DNA of 64,000 bases from Salpingoeca rosetta. Lineage: Eukaryota; Protista; Choanoflagellata. Positions 45,191 through 64,000 of this stretch are shown here, one piece after another. A model generated the notes under the pieces. It searched no databases. It was not told the origin of the DNA and worked only from the letters and a program-made list of their open reading frames with translations. The stretch is from NCBI GenBank assembly GCA_033442325.1, contig JAWQFM010000028.1, forward strand, positions 89,764 to 153,763, written 5' to 3'. Positions within the stretch are counted from its first letter, which is position 1. Each line of letters opens with the position of its first letter. Made by a program: the position numbers and the translations under genes.

Positions 45191-46620
45191 ATGCCTGGCC
45201 TGGGCGTGCTCGCATACCTGTGCCGCGGCGTGTCGACAGACCGCAGCACGTATGACCCCAATGAACCCAGCATGATGGACTTTGTGCACTCGGAGGACCT
45301 GCTGGAGATGATCTTCGAGCACCTGGACGTGGTGTCTCTGTCGCGGTGTGCTCGCGTGTGCCGCGCCTTTGCCAACACGCGCTGGCCCATCATCAACCTC
45401 AGCCACCGCACCCCGCGCATCACTGGCCAGCAGCTGGCCACCATCATCGCCAAGCGGCCACACGTGCTCATCCTGCCATCTGGGTTCGAGCTGGACGAGC
45501 AGACGGCAGCTGCGCTGCAGCGGTTCTCTGGGCGGGAGTTGACACTCAAGTTCACCATGCACGCCAATGACGACGTCACCCCGTTCCTCGGCCCGGCCCT
45601 GCACGTAAGCGCATGTGTGTGCGTGTGTTTGTATGCATGTGTGTGTTTGTATGAGTCTGAGTGTTTGTATGCATGTGTGTGTGTGTTTGTCTGTGTGTAT
45701 GTTTGTGTGTGTGTGTGTGTGTGTTTGTGTGTGTCTGTGTGCACGTACAGTGGTGTGCTTCTCTCTACCTGCCCTTCTCTTCCCTTCGTGCCATTGGTTC
45801 ATAAATGACACCGCTCACCCCAACACGCACCTCATGCACCACCGCCATCATCGCCACCTCTGCCACCGCGACCACCACTGCCACCGCCACTAGCGTTTGA
45901 CGCACCTGGACCTCTCTGGCTCCATCACAGACAACGAGTGCGTGCGGCACGTGGCGAGCAGACTGCCGACCATGGCGTGTCTGCAGCACCTGCTGCTGGA
46001 GGACAACGGGCTTGACTCGCGCGATGTCGACGTGCTGTTTAACGCAGTCGAGACACTGCCGCTCGTCACGCTCAGCCTCAGCGACAATGAGCTCGGTGAT
46101 ATTGGCGCCACGACGCTCGCGTCCCACCTGCGCAAGATGCCTGATTTGCAGCACCTTGGCCTCGACAATGTGGCCATGTCGTCCACAGGCCTGCACACCA
46201 TCATGAAGGCGTGCCCGAGCGTCGCCACCCTCAAGATCTCAGACAACGACATCGACGCAGCACTCACAAAGCCGCTTGCAGAGGCCATGCAGGTTTGTGT
46301 GTGTGCAGGTGTGTGTGGTGTGCATGCGTCTGTGTGTGTGTGCAGGTGTGTGTGTGTGTGTGTGTGTGTGTGCAGGTGTGCGTGTGTGGTGTGTGAAAGC
46401 CAAATCATAGTCATTTGTTCCAACGTGTCATCCCATACCATCTCCGCTCATGGTTGCGCGTGCACAGGTGTGCTTGCGGCATTTGGAGCTCAAGTCCACG
46501 GATCTGGACGCCAACGACCTCATGCCCGCCATCAACACTCTCAAGGTTCATATGTGTCTGTGTGCGTTTGTGGGTGTATATGTATTTGTGTGCGTGTGTG
46601 TGCGTTGTGCACGTGTTTGT

Positions 46621-46660
<40 letters not shown>

Positions 46661-46920
46661 TGTGTGTGTGTGTGTGTGCACGTGCGTTTGTACATGAAAT
46701 GTGATCATGCTTTCGTGCGTGCTTCTTGCTCCTGACCCAAGTAGCTGCTCACCATTTCCAACATCATACCGCCACCAGAGCCGCGGATGTGTACTGGAGG
46801 TCCTGCGTCTGTGGGATAATCGCGTCTCAGACCACGGCGTGGCCGCAATCGCGCAATCACTCAAGGTGGGCAACACCGCATGCGTGTGTACGCGTGTGCT
46901 TGTTGACACACACACACACA

Positions 46921-46957
<37 letters not shown>

Positions 46958-46986
46958 ACACACACACTCACACACACACACACACA

Positions 46987-47030
<44 letters not shown>

Positions 47031-47551
47031 CTCCTCTCCCTTTTGACCACTGTCATGCAACTGACCCCCACGCCTTCTCCGTGCCACCCATCTCTTCCTC
47101 TCGCCTCGTGTCTGAGCAGGAGAATGCATCGCTGAAGGTGCTTGACCTGCGCTTCAACAACATTTCAAGCCACGGCGCGCGCTCCCTCGCATCTGCGCTC
47201 GAGGTGCTCAACACACGCGCAAACACACACACACGCGCACATGACGTGTTCATGCACGTGTGTTTGTCGTATCTTCCACGCCCATCGCAACTCCACACAT
47301 TTCTCTTCCCCACACACATCTCCTTCCTCGTCTTCACACCCCTCTCTCTCCGCCTCATCACCTGCACGACGATGCCTGTGACCGCCAGAAAAACACAACG
47401 CTGCACACGCTCTCGCTCAAGTTCAACCGCATTGGTAACCGTGGCTGCAAACACCTTGCTGGCATGCTCGCCAAGAACTCATCACTCCACACCCTTGACC
47501 TCGAGGTATGCTCCTGACGGTGGTGGTGGTATGTGTGTGTGTGTGTGTGTC

Positions 47552-47597
<46 letters not shown>

Positions 47598-48176
47598 TGC
47601 GTGTCTGCGTGTCTGCGTGTCTGCTTTTGATCCCTCTGTCTGCCTGTCGGTCTCTCTGCCTTCCTTCCCGTCTACCTGTCTGCCTGTATGCGTGCTTAGT
47701 TGGCATAATCTGCACACCCTCATCTTCCACCACCATCGCTGCCACCACCACCACCACCACCACGGTCATGGCAACCTGTCCATCCTCGAACGCAGGACAA
47801 TGAGATTGGAGATGATGGCGCCGTGTCGCTCGCGCGCGGGCTGGAGCGAAACACATCTGTACGCGAGCTCAACCTCAGATACAACAAGGTCTCGGACAAA
47901 GCACTGGCAGACTTTGGCAAGTGCCTGGAAAACAACCGGGCATTGGCTGTGCTGGACCTCTCATCCAAACCGCACGTGGTCGGTGGCATCACGATGGACG
48001 GCTTGATGGTGCTGGAGCGAGCACTTCTTCGAAACACATCGGTGCGACGCATCAACGTCCACAATCACGCCGCCTCGCAAACCGAACGCGGCGGCTCATC
48101 CATGTCACCTTCGACCTCCTCCTCCTCCTCATCATCATCGTCCTCATCCTCTTCATCATCGTCATCATCATCATCA

Positions 48177-48210
<34 letters not shown>

Positions 48211-48344
48211 CACGTGACATGGACAGCCGCCAGCGTGCCCGGAGTACACCCATCTCGCCAACGCGCGACATCATCAGCACGCGCCCTGCCCGCACGGGCT
48301 CGCTCATCCGCCGCCCGCGCAGGTCAATCTTCTTCTTCTGGTGA
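45191..48344 (+). CDS. F-box plus ribonuclease-inhibitor-type LRR protein with a poly-Ser C-terminal tail, multi-exon
   Basis: F-box-like [28 protein letters not shown]-type LRRs include [51 protein letters not shown] and [12 protein letters not shown]. Confidence 0.85.
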
Positions 48345-48369
48345 ACAAGCCCTGATGAGATGTGTGTGT

Positions 48370-48410
<41 letters not shown>

Positions 48411-48455
48411 GTGTGCGTGTGTGTGAGAGAGAGAGAGAGTGTGTGTGTGTGTGTG

Positions 48456-48528
<73 letters not shown>

Positions 48529-49260
48529 GCCCGACCCCGGGTGGGTATGGGTGCCTTCATACCACGTCGCTTTAAACGCCTTCATACATTGCCGTCTTCC
48601 TATGACCAATCTCCTTGACGTTACACCACGCGCGCGTGTGTTCATTCCTCCATTTCTTGCTTGCTTGCTCGCCTACTGACTGTTAATATGAATGATGCTG
48701 ATCCCAGTCCTAATTGCTCCACCCCCAGCCGCTTGCGTTTCATTGTCATCGTTGATTACAATGTTCTCTCTCACGCCGTTGTTCCGACCCCTCTCGGTGA
48801 GACACACGCACATACACATACTGGGCGTTCACTTTGGTTCGATAGAGCTCGCTTCCTTTGTTTTCGACTCACGGCCACACGCGTGCAATACCAACACGCC
48901 ATCACACCAGCACACGGACGCACACTGCTTGTGGTGACCATGGATGCACACGAGAGGAAAAGAGAGAGACGCAGTAGCAAAACAAGTCATGACACAAAAC
49001 GCAAAGCAACGTGTCTGAAGCTGGTTGCACGAAACAACAAAGACGCCAACCAAGCACGGAATGGAGGCAGCAAGGTATGCGCGTGCGCGTGTGTGCGCAT
49101 GCAAGCACATGTCCACAGGGGCAGCGAGAGGCACAAACAAGACGGCACAAACAAACAGCCACCAGAGACAGGCGACCACACGACGAAACAAGACAATCAG
49201 AGAAAGGAAAAAAGGACGGGGCAAACAACAGCAGCAACAACAACAGCAGACACGTGTCAT

Positions 49261-56499
<7,239 letters not shown>

Positions 56500-57414
56500 T
56501 GGTCAAGGACGACCACGAACAGGAAGGGGGAAGGGCAAAGAAAACAGAGAATGCGCTGCCTCAAAAGCAGCGGACAAGAACAACAACTGCTACTGCTGCG
56601 TTAATAACGTCCCAGCGTGTGCGGAGTCACAGCCACCACAATCACCGACAACAACAGCAGCAACAACACCGAGCTGGAGGTGCTGAGCGAGTGATATGGG
56701 AGCCCAACAACAGAGAGCAAGCAGCAGGAGGGAAGAGTGGTGTCTGCTGCAAAGTGAGGAAACCCCCTCACACACAAACCACAAGCCGCCGACATTATGA
56801 ACTGCACTACAGAGAATAGCTGCAATGATGCCCATGTATTTTCACCCGGTGGTTTTAATTTTTTTTCTTGTCGTCTGCAGACAGAGAGCGCCGCTGAGCA
56901 AAAGCAACGAGAACACCCCCCTTCCCCTGCTCTCGCTCTTGTTGCTTGCTTGCTTGCTTGTGGTGTTTGGTTGGTTCGTTGGTTGACAGAGACGAAAGCG
57001 TTTGTTGTGTTGTGGAGGAGGCGAGCCATCGTTCATCAGCGTCAGCAGCAGCGTCATCAGCATCAACACCAGTAGCTGATAGCAAGCCAATAGCGCAGAA
57101 GACCTGCCAGGAAGACAGAAGCTTGCTTTGGTGAGAGTGAATTGTGGGATGGGTGATGACTGTGTATGTCATGTTTGGGTTGATGGTTGTGTGTGTGTTT
57201 GCGTGTTTGCGTGTTTGCGTGGGTGTCTGCATGATTGATGTGAATGGCTTGATGGGCAATGGAGGCATGGTGCACCACGTAGTGTCACGTCACAGCAGTG
57301 CGCTCGTTCCTCATGGCATGAATTCCTCCCCCTCCCCGCCTTTTGCTCCGTGTCCAGGTGGTGTGGGTTTCCTTTAGGGCAGCACACAACAGTCCATCGA
57401 TCAAAGCCAACAGC

Positions 57415-59723
<2,309 letters not shown>

Positions 59724-60427
59724 ACACACACACGCGCACACATCCCATCAAAACAACACAACACAACCAACCAACCAAACAACCAACCAACCAAACAAAC
59801 AAACAAACAAACATACCATCCATCTCCACATCCTTACACATACACACTTGTGCACGCGCGCGCACCTCTCCTTCTTTTTCCATGTTGACATGGCAACATG
59901 ACCACCTCTCCCCCTCCCCCCCTCCCCTCCACCCTGCCGTCTTTGCTTTATTGTTGTCATTGATTGGTGTTGCCTCAGCACGTGTTACCGCCTTTTCCCT
60001 TTCCCCTCCCCAATACCACGGCTCCCCAGTGCGTCTGTGTATTGATTGGCACTACCCCTTCCCCTTTCGCTGTCTCGTCTCGCGCGGTTCTTCCTGCTTG
60101 AGTGCATTTGGCGTAAGTTTAAGATTCCAACTCTCCCATCATCACCGCCATCACCATCTCGACTTCCTCTCCATCTCCTCTCCTCGCACTGCATTGCTCG
60201 CACACGCACACCCACATGCACACTGCACACAATCACTTGCATGCTATTGTGACTTCATATTTGTGTGCGTGTTGTGTGTTTGAGCCAAAGCTCTGCTGTA
60301 CCCGCTGCTTCCATCCCTGTCGTCCTTCCCTTTTGTTTTCCCCCTTTGTTATATTTGACGTGCTGGGCGTGTGTTGCTTGCTTGTTGGCAACAACCTTGT
60401 CGTAGTGGCGTTGATTGCTCTTAGGCC

Positions 60428-60483
<56 letters not shown>

Positions 60484-60854
60484 TTGTTTCCTTTTCTTCT
60501 CTTTGCTGCTCTTTGCTGCTTTAGTTGCTATGTGGTCAGCTCCCTACATCCTCTGTGCAGCATGGCGATTGGTCAACACGCACCAGTCTTTGCTTTCTCG
60601 CTGTGCCCCTTGTCGTGTGTAGCTGTGCTGTCTTGTCTGTTGTCGACGTGCATAATTGACTGGCCTTGCACCGCAACGAACCCCGCCAGCGAGCAGTGCG
60701 CCTGAGCCAGACAGAGTTGAGACAGTGTAGGGTGGTGGTGTGCTTCACAGTTGCGTGTCACACACTCACAACAACACGTCGCACTCACAACAACATGTCG
60801 CACAAACAACAACCAAACAGAACGCAACACTGCACACAAAAGCGGACGGCGGAT

Positions 60855-61474
60855 ATGAGTGAGCCGGCATCGCATACGAAGGAGCCCGCCAGCCGCAGTG
60901 GCAGCGGCGGTAGTGGCGGCAGCTACGTGCTCGTGTTCCGGGACTTTGTGCCTGCGAGGCGGGAGACGTCGCGGCGGTTTGTGGACGAGCACGGCGTGTA
61001 CAAGCACGCGCACAAGACGGAGAGCTTTGCATCGCTGATGGACCGCGTGAACCGCTTCATCGCATCGGAGGGCGTCAAGGTCGTCAATGTCGAGACACTG
61101 CAACTCCCATACGCAGACGCAGCCGCCCTTACAGAGTACAAGTCCGAGGTATGCCAGTATGTGTGTGTGTGTTTGTGTTGTGTATGTGTGTGTGTGTGTT
61201 GTGCTGGTGGGTTTGCATAGTGTTCTGAACTGCGGTCATCTCTGCTCTCAAACCTTCAGCCCATCCCACAGCTCGCGCTTCACACACTCATCCACATGCC
61301 GCTCCCTTTCCAACACTGTAGCTGGCATGCGACACGGGCGTGCAGACGATGGTGCAATGTGTGCGCCTGTGGTACATGGCAGCAGCGGCTACTGACCCAC
61401 ACCTCCCAGAGGCATATGCATGCCAGTTTGATGAGATCCAAGGCAGAGCCGTTCCTTCTGTGGAGGAACTCTAA
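60855..61474 (+). CDS. Small two-exon protein (60855-61148, 61322-61474) with an uncharacterised domain
   Basis: A phase-0 GT-AG join gives ...VFRDFVP...ESFASLMDRVNRFIASEGVKVVNVETLQLP...|LACDTGVQTMVQCVRLWY...EEL*. There is an alternative in-frame ATG at 60795. Confidence 0.7.
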
Positions 61475-61526
61475 CCTATGTTCTGTGTGTGTGCGTGCGT
61501 GTATGTGTGCGTGTGCGTGTGTGTGT

Positions 61527-61635
<109 letters not shown>

Positions 61636-61774
61636 TGGCTGTGGCTGTGGCTGTGTGTGTGCCCGTGTCCCTGTATCACCGACATACACACACCCGCACA
61701 CACACACACATGCACCCGCACACACACACGGTCGCCCTCCTCCTCCTCCCCTGTGCACGTACGCCGACTGGCAG

Positions 61775-62042
61775 GACGATGCAGGAGAAGTATCGCATCT
61801 ACGATATGGCCAGCGTGAGTTGCACCTGCAACCTTTGCATTCGTGTGGCGACGGTGTTGTTTGCTAATCACCATGAATCCGCATCGCTCACCCCAAACTG
61901 AACATGCGTGCACCTGTGCTTGGCTGTTAGGAGATTGGCGATGAGCGAGTATCGCCAACAGCCAGGGTTCGCGTCTTCAAGGTTCTCCTCAACCCAAAGG
62001 CTGGCAACGGGTGCGTGCGTGTCTGTGTGTCTGTGTGTCTCT

Positions 62043-62115
<73 letters not shown>

Positions 62116-62427
62116 TGTCTGTCTGTCTGTCTGTCTCTGTGTGTGTGTGTGTGCGTGTGTGAGTCTGTGTGTGTGTGTGTATGTCTGTGCAGCTTTTCTT
62201 ATGTACATGTGAATGCGCCTGTACTGCATGCATGTCTTGTTTGGTGTCTGCCTTGTATCTGTGCTGCCTGGCACTCATTGCTCATCGTTTACGTTGCACC
62301 TACAATCAACGTTCCTGTGTCACTAACAGCTTGAACAAGCAGTTCTTCAAGGACGAAGTGGCGCCCGTGTTCCACCTTGCAGGCGTGGACTTTGACCTTC
62401 ACGTGACAAACGGAAGGTGTGTGTGTG

Positions 62428-62470
<43 letters not shown>

Positions 62471-62922
62471 GTGTCTGTGTGTGTCTGTGTGGTGTTTTCG
62501 TGCCAAGCAGCCTTGAGATCTTGTGCATCGCTTGAAGGCAGTCTTCTTCGTATCGCCTCACACCTCAAGAACGCCACACATCCCGTGCCCTCGCCCACAT
62601 GCTCCTACCAGCGCGGATGTGTACCAGCAAGCAACAGAGACAGGTCAGACTGCGAGCATGTGACATGAAACCGTGCAGACAGTGCGTGCGCACAACGCGC
62701 GTACATATGTGTACCCGCTCAGCAGGCACTGCATCTTGACCAAACTCACACGTACACACACGTACACACACGTACACACGCGCACGCACATACTTGCACA
62801 TGTGCACAGATTTGGAAGCCTACGATGGCCTCGTCGTGGTTGGCGGTGATGGCACTGTACAGGAGGTGAGCAAAGAGAGAGAGTGTGTGTGTGTCTGTGT
62901 CTGTGTCTGTGTGTGTCTGTGT

Positions 62923-62965
<43 letters not shown>

Positions 62966-63660
62966 GCCATGTGAGAAGAGATGTTGTGAGCTGCACGAAT
63001 ACCGCGGTCAAGTGCCGTTTACTGATCTCTCTCACGAACAAGCATCCACACAACATACACACGACATGCACGACATATACGTACGCAAGCATCCTCACGA
63101 TAACACCCCCCCCCTCTCCTTCCCTTCATGCCGGATGGCTGTGCAGGCTGTGACGGCGCTGCTCAAGCGGGAGGATGCGGACATTGCGTGCAACAAACCG
63201 CTGGGCGTGATCCCCGTCGGGCACGCCAACACATTCACCTCACAGTTCTTCCCACCAAACACAAACAGAAGCATGTGCGTGTGCACGGCAGTGTGTGCAT
63301 GTGTGTATGTGTGTGTGTGTGTATGTATGTATGTGTGTGTGTGCGTACTGTGTGTTGTGTGCTGTGTTCGAGGGAGGGAAGGGAGCGGTGTGGTGTTGTG
63401 TGTGTGATGGTATTGTGCTGTGTGTTGTGGTGTGCGCGATGGTGATGCCTGTTGCTGCATTGCCCGAGATACAAATCACCAGATCATGCTACCTGACCAT
63501 GCAACTCGTCCCCCGACACACACGCACACACATGTACAGTATGGGAGTGCGTGCAGCGCTGGGCATTGTGCAGGACAAGCAGGGCACGTGTGACGTGATG
63601 CAAGTGGACTGGGACGACCAAGACGTGCCGACTTACGCCATTGTACGAGCAGGGCCGAAG

Positions 63661-63729
<69 letters not shown>

Positions 63730-64000
63730 AAGAGAGAGAGACTCAGCTGCTCTCATGCTCACTCTCATCCATCATTTCGCTCACCACCACCACCATCAAC
63801 ACGACCACTGCTACCATTGGTCACGGCAGACGTATGGCGAGCTGTCGTACGCACTGAAGGGGCTGCATCACGTGAGCCAGGGCGACCTCGACTACACCAT
63901 CAACGACGGCAGACTCTTCTTCCCGCTCGCATTGAGGGGGTGCGGCGACCCGTCCTCGCTCGGCTCCTCATCCACCAAGCACTGTCAGGTCACCTACTGC
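61775..64000 (+). CDS. AGK: Acylglycerol kinase-like protein (DAGK catalytic domain), partial; the 5' exon is not visible and the gene runs off the window
   Basis: Exon peptides: EIGDERV...[60 protein letters not shown]. Confidence 0.8.

Noticed and set aside
48661-49260. 259-aa ORF between the F-box/LRR gene and OGDH
   Set aside because: It is low-complexity convergent 3'UTR sequence overlapping the OGDH antisense strand, with no domain signal.

Overview
Gene-dense, intron-rich eukaryotic genomic DNA with (GT)n/(CA)n microsatellites in most introns and three N-gaps. The style and gene content suggest a choanoflagellate such as Salpingoeca rosetta (inference). Most of the six-frame ORFs are microsatellite artefacts, so genes were rebuilt by joining exons at splice sites. 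In order: RPL26 (+), CPSF1 (+, about 40 exons), an island of two large intronless head-to-head paralogues with a degenerate F-box-like N-terminus and divergent LRR-like repeats (18340-26298), ERp44 (+), a SWEET transporter with a long N-terminal extension (-), a LARP4-like La-motif protein (+), GUF1/EF-4 lacking its G1-G3 exons (-), a conventional F-box/RI-LRR gene (+), OGDH (-), Rab21 (+), a small uncharacterised-domain gene (+) and a partial AGK (+). The best candidates for new biology are the intronless F-box/LRR-like pair with its 137-bp tandem repeats, a possibly mitochondrial SWEET, introns with GT...CA polarity and acceptors lacking a polypyrimidine tract, and a promoter motif shared by RPL26 and ERp44.
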